This document shows positions 14,685 through 28,325 of a stretch of 64,000 nt of DNA, in pieces. The stretch covers positions 72,540,001 through 72,604,000 of the forward strand of contig OZ024742.1 in NCBI GenBank assembly GCA_964016885.1. Direction: 5' to 3'. The stretch comes from Eledone cirrhosa (Eukaryota). The notes beneath the pieces were generated by a model, which was given only the letters and a program-made list of their open reading frames with translations, searched no databases and had not been told where the DNA came from. Each line of letters opens with the position of its first letter. Within the stretch, counting starts at the first letter, position 1. A program made the translations under genes and the position numbers.

Positions 14685-15070
14685 ATTAAAAAGATCAGGT
14701 GCCATAAGCAGTTGATTTAGGTTTATTTAAATCTCCATTATACATATTTCACTGGGGACTGCCAATTTTGATAGATGGAGCTCTTTAGGTGGCATAAAAT
14801 CCTTTAAAAATTTCCTCTAAAAAATTTTTCTTTGTGATACAGGGGACGGCTGAATCAATACATTTGGCCATTCTCGGTATCACAAGAGGAAAAACTTTTT
14901 TGAGGGAGTTTTTAGTGTTTTCAAGGTTTTATAGATTTTTATGCCATCTGAAGAGCTCAGGCTATCAAAATTGGTAGTCCACAGTGAAATATGTATAACA
15001 GAGATTTAATAACCTAAATAAACTGCTTATTCAACCTAAATCAACTGCTTATTGCCTCTGATCTTTTTAA
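14685..15070. repeat. foldback/MITE-like long imperfect palindrome
   Basis: attaaaaagatcag...ctgatctttttaat, with internal arms pairing around ~14858. Confidence 0.8.
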
Positions 15071-15392
15071 TATATATAGTGGTTAGAGCATTGAGCTTGC
15101 AATCATGAGGTTGTAAGTTCGATTCTCAGAACGAGTGATGCATTCTGTCCTCAAGCAAGACAGTTTATTTCATGTTGTTCCAGTTTACTCAGCTGTAGAA
15201 ATGAGTTGCAATGTCACTGGTGGCAGGCTGTATTGGGCATTGCCTTTCCCTTGGACAACAATGGTGGCATAGAGAAGGGAGACTGATATGCATGGGCAAC
15301 TGCTGGTTTTCCACAAATGCTGCCCAGGCTTGTGCCTTGGAGGGAAACTTTCTAGGTGCAAAACCATGGTCATTTGTAACCGATGAGGGTTG

Positions 15393-15424
<32 letters not shown>

Positions 15425-15534
15425 TATATGATGGATTCCCTCATCAAGAGAAACATATGAGTATCCAGTGGATCTATCAACTGTACAGTCTACTCTTTAA
15501 CATATTAATGGTTGAATATTTCACAGATATATGC

Positions 15535-15725
15535 AAAACCAACCAGCAGGAGACCCAGGAGTAGACCCCGAGCAAGATGGTTTGATAACATCCATGAGCT
15601 TGGCTGGTCACACTTGGGGATCCAGCCAGACCTGTTGGAGAAGGTTGCTTCTGACAGGAAGTGTTTGAGGACTGCCCCCCACAACCCTCTCAGGAATAAG
15701 TGGGCGAAGATTTTATCCTTCTGGG
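15535..15725 (+). mobile_element. short 3' fragment of second RTE family
   Basis: KPTSRRPRSRPRARWFDNI; homologous to 28115-28275 and 55660-55850. Confidence 0.8.
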
Positions 15726-18469
15726 GTTGATAAATTAATGTACCAGTAATGCACTGGGATTGGTTCAACTGATTTTCCTCTTCCCCTTAAACTACTGGCC
15801 TTGTGCCAAAAAATATAAACAATTATTATTATTATAATACTACTTTCATCCTTATGGGGTCGATAAAATAAAGTACCAGTAATGCACTGGGTAATTGCTG
15901 GCCTTGTGCCTAAAGTAGAAACAATTATTATAATACTACTGTAACAATTTTATATTCTGAGTTCAAATCCTGTGAAGGTCAATTTTACCTTTCAACCTTC
16001 TGGGACCAATAAGATAAAATACCAGTAAATTACTTGGATCAACCTAATCAAATTCCTCTCCCTCCAAACTTACTGACCTTGTGCTTAAATTGGAGACAAT
16101 TATTATTATTATTATTAATACTGTCAGGTTACTGAAAACTAAGTCTTTGGATTAATTTTTAACTACTCTCCTTGCAAAAATACCTGTAAATTGTCCATCT
16201 AAGGTACTTCATATGATAAAAGAATATAGAGTATTTGGCCTTTTTAAAATTTTTTTTATTAAATCTGAAATATAGAAATGTGAAAATAAGAATCATTGAC
16301 TTACAGTGAGAGGCGTCAATACTTCTCATCAAAACACTTAGATTAAATGATACACTGAAAGGAGACCATATGAATCCACTGATAGTAAGAAGAGATGGTT
16401 AGCTAAATTGAATCCAAACCTCCAGTCCTTGATGACCTGACAGTGCTAATAATAATGATTTCTAACATAGCCACAAGATCCAATGTTTTATAGGGGAAGG
16501 AACAATCTATTATATCGACCCTAGTACTTGACAAGTACCTTATTTTATTGACCCTGAATGGATGAACACAAAGGTGACTTTGGCAGGATTTGAACTCAGA
16601 ATGTAGAGAGCTGTAATTAAATGCTGCAATGAATTTTCTGCGATGCTCTACTGATTCTGCTAATTCACCACCCTCACAAGGCCATGCATTTTTGGAGTAT
16701 GGAACAATAGATTATATTCAAGTATAAGCTATTCCTAATAAAAACAAATTTAAGTTCTATCTCACCACAAACCAACAACAGGGTCACTATGTGGTTGCTT
16801 GACCTTGCTAGGAGGTGAACTGAGAACGTAAACAGCTGGAACAAATACCATAAAGCATTTTGTCTGATGCACTAACAATCTGAAACACAGGCCCCAAATC
16901 ATACATTTTGGAGAAGGCATAGTTGATATAAACTTGCACCAGTACTAGACTGCTAAATTGTGAGATTGAAAGATAAAGCTGAATGTGGCAGGAGTTGAAC
17001 TGAGAATGTATAAGGATGTAACTAAATATTGCAGTAATTTAGGGCAAAGGGAAAGTCAATTATATCGATTCCAATACTTGACTGGTACTTTATTTTTTTT
17101 ACCCGGGAAGGATGAAAAACAAAGCAGACCTTGGCCCAGAACATGAACAGCTGAAACGATTCTGCAAACTCACTGCCAATAATAATAATAATTGTTTCGA
17201 CTTTAGGTACGAGGTCAGCAATTTGAAGGGGAAGTCGATTAAATCGACCCCAGTACATTACTGGTGCTTTATTTTATTGACCCCGTAAGGATGAAAGGCA
17301 AAGCTAACCTCGGCGGGATTTGAACTCAGAACATAAAGGATCATAACTCTATGCTGCAAAGCATGGTGTCTGACACTCTACCGATACTGCCAATCCACTG
17401 CACTTAATAATAATACTGGGGAGACATTATTATTATTATTAGGGTGGTGGGTTTGCAAACTTGTTAAAGCATCAAATGCCTTAAAGAATTTGTCCTGGCT
17501 CTTTTTGTTCTGAGTTCAAATCCCACAGGTCAATCTGGCCTTTCATCCTTCCGGAGAGAATAAAATAAGGTAAGAGTCAAATACTGGGGGTGGGTGGGGA
17601 TTCTCGATATAATCAACTCCACATTTCCCCCAAACTGTTGACCTTGTGCTTAAATTAAAAACCTTTATTTTTATTCTTGTTAGCAGAATTGTTAGTGTTG
17701 GACAAAATGTCACAACTACACTGAAGAAGTATAAGAAGAGTTAGTGATAGAGTTGTAGTCATTAGTTAATTATCAATTATTATACTTTGATTAATTTAAA
17801 AGGAAAAAAAATATAGAAAAATAGATCATGTGTAGTATGTGTGAAATGTGGTTCATCTGTGTGTGTGATGTATGAGTAGTATGTGGTATGTAATGTAGTG
17901 TGATGTGTACATTCCTTAAGACAGCTGGCTAAAAATTTGGTTCTGGCCATGCTGGAACTGAGAAAAAGAAGAGGACAACAATGCAAGGGAAGAAATAGAG
18001 CAGGGAGGGGGAGAGGGGTGGAAACAGCCGATAATTATATCTAAATGACATTAGAACAACTAACACACCCCCATAAATAACTACCCAGCCTGTAACAACC
18101 AATCCACCCACCTTCTCTGGAATTTTGCCTGCTATTCTAGAGGTTATGTTTCCTCCACCACCATCACCAATTCCACACATCAACCATTCAAATCACTATC
18201 ATCACCAGCACACATCCACCACTCCAATTATTGCTACCACCAACTGCCCACCATCACCACCACTGCCATACTATATCACCACTGAAGCAACCATCATCAA
18301 TTCACTGTTCCTCTTCTACCACCACCATTATAATTATTATTTTTATTATTAATATTTATTATTATCATTATCAATATTTATTATTATCATTATCAATATT
18401 TATTATCATCATTATCAATCCTACAACAGCAGCAATAGTAACAATGAGTGATGCCAGCCTTTGCTAAAC

Positions 18470-18604
18470 TCACTCGTCGCAAACTTGGAATGTCTGTCCA
18501 ACACGGATGAAGAATTTTCGCAGTATTGATCTCATCTCGGGCTTCAAGTCAAACACCATAGTGTCACACATATAGGGGTAATATACAGAGGCGTGGGCAC
18601 GGAA
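18470..18604 (-). CDS. ARFGEF1: ARF-GEF terminal coding exon (135 nt including TGA)
   Basis: FRAHASVYYPYMCDTMVFDLKPEMRSILRKFFIRVGQTFQVCDE*, matching the BIG1/2 C-terminus pattern. Confidence 0.95.
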   Translation of the reverse strand, partial: FRAHASVYYPYMCDTMVFDLKPEMRSILRKFFIRVGQTFQVCDE

Positions 18605-19399
18605 CTGAAACAAATAATAAATATATATCAACCATAAAAATACACCATATGTGTGTGTGTGTGCATGCAAAAAGTCAACAAAGAGAAACAACACAGGAGA
18701 GCAATACAACATAATGATGATATATATTAGTTTAATGCTGGATATAGTAGGAAATGAATTTTAATGTTTTGGACATCAGTCCTTCACCGGAAGATAGAAT
18801 GAGGGATAGAAGAAAGAGTAAGGAGGAGAAGTAATAAAAAAAAAATTTAATCACCCATAAATACATGTGTATATATATATATACACACGCACACATACAC
18901 ACACACACATATATATATATACACATACATACATATCAGAATGGAAGCAGTAAAAACCAATTAGACCATTACTCACCAGAGTACTTGATACTTGGGGTAG
19001 TAGAGTGAGTAATATAAAAAATTGGGGACCTCGACGACTGAGCTCAGCCGTCGAAGACCTGAATTTTTCATATATATATATATATATATATACATATATA
19101 TACATACATAATCAACGCAACGAGTCACACATATTGGCATGGGAGACTATTCATTAAATTTAAGATTAATAATATCTCCAACAATAATAATGTGTTGAAT
19201 AACTGGATATTCTTCTAACTATATCCACTGAAGACACCTTTTATTCAAATTCGTAGAGAGATCTGACTAAATACATAATTCATTTTACTAAGATTTGCTA
19301 CAAGCAGCATGTCTGAACACAACATCAACAACATTAATGAAGTGCTGAAGAAAAAAACGAGAAAGGTAAACAGAATTTCTATAGTTGTTACTGCAGAAT

Positions 19400-19462
19400 T
19401 ATAAATCACATTTCTCTTGGAGTTACGAACTTAATAATGATTTATTTAATTGTTATGAAATG

Positions 19463-19500
<38 letters not shown>

Positions 19501-19620
19501 CATTGGCAATATGAACAGAATGAAGCTATACTGGAATGAAATACACCCAGAGATAAATCACCCTACAGCCAAACAATTATGTCAACAAGCAACATTTGTT
19601 GAACGTAAAAATAACATGAA
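19400..19620 (+). mobile_element. possible N-terminal fragment of an R4/Dong-like non-LTR retrotransposon
   Basis: WSYELNNDLFNCY...GNMNRMKLYWNEIHP...TAKQLCQQATFVERK resembles the N-terminal W-x2-E-x-N...CY...RM...W...P...QRL-x-DQ pattern of these elements (recalled, not searched). Confidence 0.45.
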
Positions 19621-20664
19621 CACTATTCATTGTAAGTCCCTAAGATCGACATGCAGTGAACAATATGTATTACAGGTCGCCATGTTACTAGACTTTCTAT
19701 CAGCCAGGCTGAACATCAACAAACGACAGCAATACATGAACAGTCCCTTGAAACAACTATGCCAGTAAGAAATTTGTCACATGATTCTACCTCCAGGGAG
19801 AAATTAATTCATGTATACACATTTTTCTCACAGAACATAATAAAACAACAGTACTAAACAAAATGAAAACAAGCCAATCTAGTAACATTTTTTATCAATG
19901 GCCTAAATATTTCACCGATATCTGACAGGACTGCTACAGATACCTAGGGATAAATGAGAATATATCATATGATGGTGCTGTAACAAGGAACGTGTAATCG
20001 GGGAATATTACACCTGCCTAAGAAAAATATGGTCATCTGAAATCTCTGCACACAAAATAGTGGCTCACAATGTGTTTGCAGATATGCATACATATCTACC
20101 AAGCTGATGTTGTCTAAATTCCAATGAAAGAGTCTTGTGTCTATGTTAGAAACCAACTTTCTCTCTATTGGTAAAAATTTATAAAATTATAAAACCAGAA
20201 GAACATACATACACACACATACATATAACTAAAATTTACACACACAAACATATATTCACAATCATCATCATTTAACATCCATTTTCTCTGCTAGATTGCT
20301 TTCCAATCACAAGTTTACCACTTTGCAGATGGAGTGGGTACATTTTATTATGGCACCAGCATTACCACTTTACAGAGTGGATTGAGTGCATTTTATTGTG
20401 ACACCAGCACTAGAATAATCATTGTGGCCTCAACTTGTCAGAGATTCTTATATCAAATCATGTAGGAAGGATATATTTTAAATAGGAATGCTCTAAAATG
20501 AGTGGTTTTGTTCAATAAACAGAGCTTGTTTTGGCTGGGTTGGAATCAGAAGGGTAAATTTTCAAAGAAATATTGCATATTTATTTCTAGTTAGCTTTTT
20601 AAAGCTCCCAAGAGGTAATAAAAAGAGAGTGAAAGAGACAGAGAGAGATAGTGATGTGACTTAC

Positions 20665-20782
20665 TTGTTTATCATTCATCTTGAGAAGACGTGTGAGGAG
20701 AAGGATGAGCAGACTATTCCAGGATTCTCTGTGACTGTCTGACTGGAGGGACAGGAAATACTCAAGGGCTTCTTTACATACC
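20665..20782 (-). CDS. ARFGEF1: ARF-GEF exon 18 in window (118 nt)
   Basis: VCKEALEYFLSLQSDSHRESWNSLLILLLTRLLKMNDKQ; tag/gtaagt. Confidence 0.94.
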
Positions 20783-20936
20783 CTAGGGATACAGAGGAAG
20801 GATATATTAGATAGAGAAGTGAGAAGTGAAGGGTGAGTGGGAAATAGGCAAGGGGCAAGTGAAGAAATGAGTGATGAGTAAAAGGTGTTTCAGTGAGCAA
20901 GAAATGTGTGATTGAGTGTGCAAGAGGTGCATGAAC

Positions 20937-21610
20937 AAGAGAGAGGTGATTGAGGGGAGAGAGAGGTGATTGAGGGGAGAGAGAGGTGATTGAGGGGAGA
21001 GAGAGGTGATTGAGGGGAGAGAGAGGTGATTGAAGGGAGAGAGAGGTGATTGAAGGGAGAGAGAGGTGATGAAGGGAGAGAGAGGTGATTGAGGGGAGAG
21101 AGGGGTGATTGAAGGGAGAGAGAGGTGATTGAAGGGAGAGAGAGGTGATTGAAGGGAGAGAGAGGTGATTGAGGGGAGAGAGAGGTGATTGAAGGGAGAG
21201 AGAGAGGTGATTGAGGGAGAGAGAGAGGTGATTGAGGGAGAGAGAGAGGTGATTGAGGGAGAGAGAGAGGTGATTGAGGGAGAGAGAGAGGTGATTGAGG
21301 GAGAGAGAGGTGATTGAGGGAGAGAGAGGTGATTGAGGAGAGAGAGAGATGATTGAAGGGAGAGAGAGATGATTGAAGGGAGAGAGAGATGATTGAAGGG
21401 AGAGAGAGGTGATTGAGGGAGAGAGAGGTGATTGAGGGAGAGAGAGGTGATTGAGGGAGAGAGAGGTGATTGAAGAAAGAGAGGTGATTGGAGAAAGAGA
21501 GGTGATTGAGTGACTAGTGTTCAGGCAAAGGGTGAATGAGAGAGAGAGCAAGAGGTGAATGAGTGAGTGAGAGGTGAATGAGTGAGTGAGAGGTGAATGA
21601 GTGAGTGAAG
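20937..21610. repeat. purine-rich minisatellite (gagaggtgattga(a/g)gggaga)n
   Basis: Directly visible ~19-22-bp units filling most of the 838-nt intron. Confidence 0.95.
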
Positions 21611-21620
21611 TGTCACTTAC

Positions 21621-21759
21621 GATATTAATTTCTCTTGAATTTCCAACTGGAACTCAGCTCGACTCTCATCATTGTCCATTCTGAAAAGTATCCGTAGAAG
21701 ACACGCCAGACTCTGTGTCTCCTGTTTCATCAGGTTTGGTTTAGACTTGCCTTTGAAAC
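21621..21759 (-). CDS. ARFGEF1: ARF-GEF exon 17 in window (139 nt)
   Basis: [45 protein letters not shown]; tag/gtaagt. Confidence 0.95.
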
Positions 21760-22176
21760 CTAGACAGACACAAAACATAGTTTAGATAGACATACAATAC
21801 TGTTGGTGGTGGTGGTGGTGGTACTGGGAGTTCATGTTTGACTTTATTTTTCTTTAAAGACAGTGGTTAGCCAAGTTTGATTGTATGGCAATAGTGATCC
21901 AAAGTTATTTCATTGAGGAATCCCTATATGATTTTCAAAAAACCCTAGAGAGAGAGAGAAAGAGAAAGAGAGAAAGAGAGAGAGAGAGAGAGAAAGAGAG
22001 AAAGAGTGTGTGTGTGTGTGTGTATATATATATGTGTATATATATATATATACATATTTAGTTATGTAATAAACAACATAAGGCAATTATTCCATTTACC
22101 AGTGGTTTCTTAAAAGCAAAAAATTTTGCTTTCAATCCTCAGAATGAAAAAATCCTGGTCTCTTTATTGAATTTGG

Positions 22177-22214
<38 letters not shown>

Positions 22215-22216
<2 letters not shown>

Positions 22217-22584
22217 CAAAAGATGGTTAAAAGAGTTCCATGTATTTTATTATGCGCATTTCAAAAACAAATATCATGGGATTATATCTGCGTTCTCATC
22301 AGATAAAATAGGGATTCATGATATGAAGCTTAAAAAACACTTGTGAATAGTGCAGTTTTAAATCAACATATGAAAAGTAGTTTTAGATTGATGTGTGATA
22401 TACATCAATCTAAAATTACTTTTCATATGTTGATTTAAAACTGCACTATTCACAAGTGTTTTTTAACCTTCATATCATGTCTCCCTATTTTATCTGACGA
22501 AAACGCAAATGTCATCGCATGATGATATTTGTTTTTGAAATGCGCATAATAAAATACATGGAACTCTTTTAACCATCTTTTGAT
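22215..22584. repeat. near-perfect 370-bp palindrome (foldback MITE) in a TA run
   Basis: atcaaaagatggttaaaagagttcc ... ggaactcttttaaccatcttttgat; centre gattgatgt/acatcaatc. Confidence 0.9.
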
Positions 22585-22694
22585 CTTATATATATTATTT
22601 ATACTCCAGTCCTACAAACTGTAGAGTGCTACTTATCCGATATCTGCATTGCTTTATTGTACTACAATAAAACTCACCTCCTACATATATATAT

Positions 22695-22730
<36 letters not shown>

Positions 22731-23638
22731 AATTTATATTCTAAAGACTTAGTCATGCTGGCTTTTTTCTTTTTAAACTATCATAATAGACATCACACCA
22801 CCTAATCTGTCTTCTATTTTTCCTCCTTATCTTTTCTACACCTCAGTGTCATTCTTCTTTTCTGCAGTCCATATTATTCTTTTGTTTATCTGTTTCTTTC
22901 CTTTCTATCTATTTTTTCTCTTGGCTAAGCCCTCATGCACTGGTCTCTCCCTTCTTTGTCAGTTGACACATTTGGGATACTTTTTCATCTATGTTTGTGT
23001 AATTCGCCGAAAGGTATAACTTGTCCTGTCTTTGTCTCTACCGGTTTTCTTATGTCCTAATGTGTACTGAAATGAACATTATCAACCTTTATGCACCGAA
23101 ACCATAGTGATTTCCAGAAGTTGACTGAGATGAGACTGTTTTTCTGTTGTTTTTTCTATTGTCTTTGTCATGTGCACTCTCCTATTTTGAATTCATATTC
23201 TAAAGATTTAACCTGAGTCCTATTTCTTTTTAACTATTACATATATATGATGTATTTATATATTTGTATTAAAAGACACACGTGGAAGCCCAGGAATTGA
23301 TTCATGGAACCCACTTTGAGATACTCAGATTTCAACTATATATAATGAACTACACTAACATTTTAGTTAACTATGTTGTTTATACTGCCAAATTTATCAA
23401 AAGAATGAGTCTTTTGATAAATTTGATTCACTGGTGTGATTCCTAGTAATACAATGTTAATCCATTTGCATGTTGGTATGGGTCGGACAGGTGTTGTTAC
23501 TCTGTTGTGTGATACAGTGTAGTGCTATGTTCTGAGGTACAGTGTGGAACTATATTCTATGGTACAGTGTTGTGTGGGTGTTTGTGTCGTGTGTGCTAGG
23601 GTGATCAGATATAATAGAAATAAAAACATGCTACATAC

Positions 23639-23819
23639 CAGCTTTCCAAAGAATGTTACGTTGTTCATGGTTGGAGTTGAATGCCTTGGCAAACTTGTGA
23701 GACTCTAGTAAACAGTCAGCCAGTAGGAAGAGCTGTTCTTTATCGAGGAACGGGTACATACCATGAGTCTCTTTCTGCTGGCTGGGATCCAATCCAAGAC
23801 TGCTATCATTCCATCTAGC
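23639..23819 (-). CDS. ARFGEF1: ARF-GEF exon 16 in window (181 nt)
   Basis: [60 protein letters not shown]; cag/gtatgt. Confidence 0.93.
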
Positions 23820-26059
23820 CTGTCATATATAATAAATAAATATATATATATTAATAAAAATAATTGTTTCTACTTTAGGCACAAGGCCAGCAATTACCCA
23901 GTACATTACTGGTACTTTATTTTATTGACCCCGTAAGGATGAAAGGCAAAGTTAACCTCGGCATTAATAAAATAATGGTTTCAAGGGCAACAATTTTTTT
24001 GGAATGGGAAAGTCGATTAAATCGATCCCAGTGTGTTACTAGTATTTTATTTTAATGACCTCGTAAGGATGAAAGGCAAAGCTAACTTCGGCAGGATTTG
24101 AATTCAGAATGTAAAGGGCTGTAACTCTATGCTGCAAAGCATGTTGTCCGACGCTCTACCAATCCACCATCGTAATAATAATCTTAAAGCATTTACAAGA
24201 AAAAAATATTTTAAGAAAGTGTGAATTTTTATGAATTTAAAAAGATAAATATGGAAACATGCTGTTGACAGTCATAGCCAAGTGTGTTTTTTTCTGGCCT
24301 TGTGTCAACCAAAGCTTTGAATGAAATTGAGTAGATGGAAACTGCTTAATATTTTCATCAGATGGACTATCCTTGTAATTTAAAGGTCTAGCTTTGTCAC
24401 ATATTGTGTCATGCTACTCCAGCTTAAGAATTATGTTAAGAGTATACATGTTTGTGGAATACTCAGCTACTTGTACACTAATTTTGTGAGTAAGTAGACT
24501 GTTCTGTGGTGGTAAGCCTCTCATTTGGGATGCAACATGCAGCGACACTTTCTTCAGTAGCAATCTGCTGAATTCAGTGAGACTCCAGTTTCACTACCTG
24601 ACAAGTTGAAGTTTGCAAACTTTTGAAGTATTAGCTACTTTCCAGTAGGTTTATCATTGAACTTAAGGTGGTGGAGACTTCTGGTATTCTTGGTCCTCAA
24701 ATCATCTCCCTACTTACTACTATCAAGACAGAGTTGGCCACCCACAGGAGCAAGCCCTTGTGAGTTGGAATGGTTATTTCAATGCATCTCGCTCACTATC
24801 CTCTGGGTTAACACATTTTCATGTGCCTGGGGTTCTGCACATCTGAGAGTGCTCACCCGCATTATCCAGGCCTTTATCATTGTGGTACAGTTGGAACTGT
24901 GTCAGTGACTAGGTCACAAATAGTATAATGACATATTTTAAAAAATATAAATTTAGAATAGACATGAAAGTTCACAATGCATGTGAAAGAAACACGGGTT
25001 TTATCACATCTATTGTTGGAGTTTCAAGTCTGTACTAAATTTATTATTTAAAAAAAAAATTTCTATAAGTTTATTTGTTCTAATTTTCAAAGAAATATCG
25101 TTTGGTTAAGTACAAAACCTGTTTGATAGCAAACCACTTGAAACTGTCTGGTTCTATGATATTGAACTGTTTATTTTAAAGTGTTTGTCACCATTTTTAC
25201 ATCCATTTTCTATGCAGTTATGGGTTGGATGGGATGGTTTGAGTCAATGTTTTACAGCTGCATGTCATTTTAATCACCTCATACAGCATACTGGGATATG
25301 ATGTAACTATTTTTAAAAATGGGATATCTAAAAATCTTCCATAATAATTGAACCTTTGTTAAGTTATACCAACTTGACAATGACAAAGTTAGTTATACTA
25401 CTAAATTCCTCAAAATTCTCCATTATTTTCAAAATTATTTGAAAATTATAGGCAGTGTCCATTAGAGATATTATAAAAGGGTTAAATATATTTAAATTCA
25501 CTTTCATATATAAAGAAAGAATTATTTTTTTAATTTTCAAAGGAATATTGTTTGGTTAAACTGCAAGAACAGGATCTAGGAAAAAACCCAGAGATTTACA
25601 AAATGTAATAGTTAGTTTTAAATATCTAATTACATGTAAAAAAACAAACAAACATGAAAGTATGACATAAGAAATTATTGAAAGACAGTAAGGTAAAAAA
25701 AAAATCAACATGTATAAAATTAATTACATTCAAACAGGTTACATGAAACACATAAAAGGTAAATTAGATGAGATAAAACAGTAAAACAGTTTAACCATGC
25801 CTGAAAAAAAAAAACTCATGCATATTGGTTTTATATTAAGATATTATTATAGTTTTGTAATAATTTTTTAAACCCAAAAGATTTCTAAGGCTCATGGTCT
25901 AACTCTGGTTTCACAATGATATGTAAACGAAAAAGTTTTCTGTCTTCAGAACTTCACCAAAAGTGCAGCATGAGGGTACAGTCACCCTCAGGACACATGT
26001 GAAAAGCCTACAATCAGCCTACAATCTCAAATAAAATGCCCGACTATCTCAGGTGAGAT

Positions 26060-26250
26060 TCCAAGGTGATTTGGTACCTATCTGGGAAAATTTCTTACCT
26101 AACCCAGGGGATTTTGTACCTATATTTGAAGATTTGGTACCCATCTGTAAAGATTTGGTAGCTATATATGAAAATTTGATAGCTATATAGGAAGATTTAG
26201 TACCTATCCCAGGCGATTTGGTATAAATCCCTGAAGATTTAGTAATCTTG
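26060..26250. repeat. 21-bp degenerate tandem repeat (gaagatttggtacctat...)
   Basis: About 9 units; accounts for the IGTKS-repeat ORF. Confidence 0.8.
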
Positions 26251-26551
26251 CTAGAGTAATATATGCAGAGAACTGTTTTCATAACTTCCTCTAAACCCTG
26301 CAAAATATCAATTTTTGGGACCTTGTTTTATGAAACAAAGTGAATGAGAAATTTATACCTGGATTAAATAACCAAACATCAACAACAAAATAATAATTAT
26401 CTAACCACATATGAAATTTATTGAACAAATTAAATCAATATATAGCTTATTCCAGTAATATTTACAAGGTATGCCAGGTAATGATTGGATAAAGAGCAAC
26501 AGGATGAAAACAGGCATGAAACAAATGGAATTATTTAACTTACTGTTTTAA

Positions 26552-28325
26552 CCCTTTTGATAACAAGCCACCCTGGTTCTATGTTACTAAACTGTTTATT
26601 TTAAAGTGCTTATATTTATTTAAAAAACTTCCATAATAATTCTATATAAGAATCTTAAGTTAGGTTTCAAACACCAGTGTAATAATGAGAAAGTTATATC
26701 ACTAAATCCCTTCAAATTCTCAATTATTCCCAAAGTAATTTGCAATTATAGGTATTTTTTTCTTAGCACCATTTTTCCGAACACAAATACTCGGGCATTT
26801 GTATAGAAACATCAGGGTAACAAGAAGTTGATCTTCGATCCCAAGAAGCTTACCCCTACACCTGCAGAACCCTTCACAGCAGGTCCCGTGCAATATGGTC
26901 ATATGCATTTTCAAGGTCTACAAAGCAAGAATACATCTCTTGGCAATACTCAAATGATTTCTCAAAGACCTGCGTGAATATTTGGTCAATCTCCACTCTC
27001 AATGTCCTCAGGGAGTTCTCTGAATTTGCATGCAATTGTATCTGCATACCTAGCCTAACTTCTTTATCCACCAACGCTTTCTACTTTATCCTGTAGGTCA
27101 ACCTGGACCTGCTAGTTTTGTGGGCTTCTTTGGCTTTAGGTAGTCTCAAGTTGCAGATAACTAGATGGTGATCAGTTGACAGCTCAGCCCCTCTCTTAAC
27201 ACGAACATCCAGCACAGAATCGAAGAGATCAAAGACAATAACAAAATCAATTATTGATCTCTGTCCCTGATGCCCCTTATACCATGTATATTTATGGATG
27301 TCTGTGTGCTGGAAGGTGTTCATAATAGAGGGTCCATTGCTAGAACAGAAGTCTAATAAGGCCTCAAGGCCTCTCCATTCATATTTAGATCAGATTCGCC
27401 ATTTCTTCCAATCACCCCTTTCCATGTCAGGTTGTCAATGCCAACATGTGTATTAAAGTCTCCCATTAGGATATATAACTCAGTCTTAACTACATCTAAT
27501 GCTGCAGTGACTTCAATGTGAGAGTTGGACTCCACCATGGGTGCATACTCTCACCTCTCCTGTTCATTATTTTGATGAACAGGATTGACATGTACAGCCG
27601 GGTTGGAAGTGGTATCACGACTGGCATATGTAGGATCAGTCAGCTGGAATTTGCAGATGACATGGTATTATTTAACTCATTAAAAGATGATCTCTGACTT
27701 GTACTTGATAGGTTTGATGCAGAGTGCTACATGGCTGGAATGAAAATGAGTGCTGCGAAAACTCATCTTCTAAAGGAAGCCTGCACAGTACCCTCTACAT
27801 GTGAATGGAGTTCTACTGAAACAGATGGAGAAGTTCAATTAACCCCAAGCCATGTTCACAAGTGATGGAAGGCAGGAGGCTGAATTAAATACAAGAATTG
27901 CAGGAGCTTGTGCAGTAATGTGCCAGTTTCAGTATTCGGTAATCAGAAGAAGGGAGGTGGGTGTAAAAGCCAAAGTCACTCTCTTCAATTTAGTGTTCAT
28001 GTAAACCCTTACCTATGGTCATGAATCTTGGGTAATGACTGAAAGAATACAATTGTGAATGCAAGCAGCTAAAATGGGGTCCTTCTGAAAGGTATTTGGA
28101 GTAACATTACTCAGGGGTAGACCCCGAGTAAGATGGTTGGATAACAACCATGAGCTTAGCTGGTCTTGCTTGGGGATCCAGCTGGATCAGTTACGAATGG
28201 TTGCTTCTGACAGGACCCACTGGAAAGAGTGTTTGAGGACTCTGCTCCTATGACACTCTCAGGAAGAAGTGGGTGAAGAAGAAGAATTTTTTTATTATAA
28301 TTTTAGAAATATTGTAATGAAAGGG
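26552..28325. mobile_element. piggyBac-type MITE split by the RTE insertion
   Basis: TTAA|CCCTTT at left, AAAGGG|TTAA at right; related pieces near 25120-25485, 52500-52755 and 61350-61540. Confidence 0.6.
26762..28286. mobile_element. second RTE-type LINE family, 5'-inverted copy (APE/RT on minus to ~27550; RT C-terminus and (GAA)n tail on plus)
   Basis: Minus-strand pieces MGDFNTHVG, RSIIDFVIV, TDHHLV, CFVDLENAYD; plus-strand FADDMV and GRPRVRW. Confidence 0.85.

Noticed and set aside
18977-19058. Cryptic minus-strand exon with gtgagt donor and a 24-bp near-palindrome
   Set aside because: No polypyrimidine tract, 61 or 82 nt lengths break frame, and exons 18 and 19 already join in phase.
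20676-21551. 291-aa ORF (SLSLNHLSLP repeats)
   Set aside because: Translation of a minisatellite; the true exon in this span uses a different frame.
22678-22680. 3-nt microexon tag|GAG|gtgagt
   Set aside because: Preceded only by (TA)n, with no pyrimidine tract.
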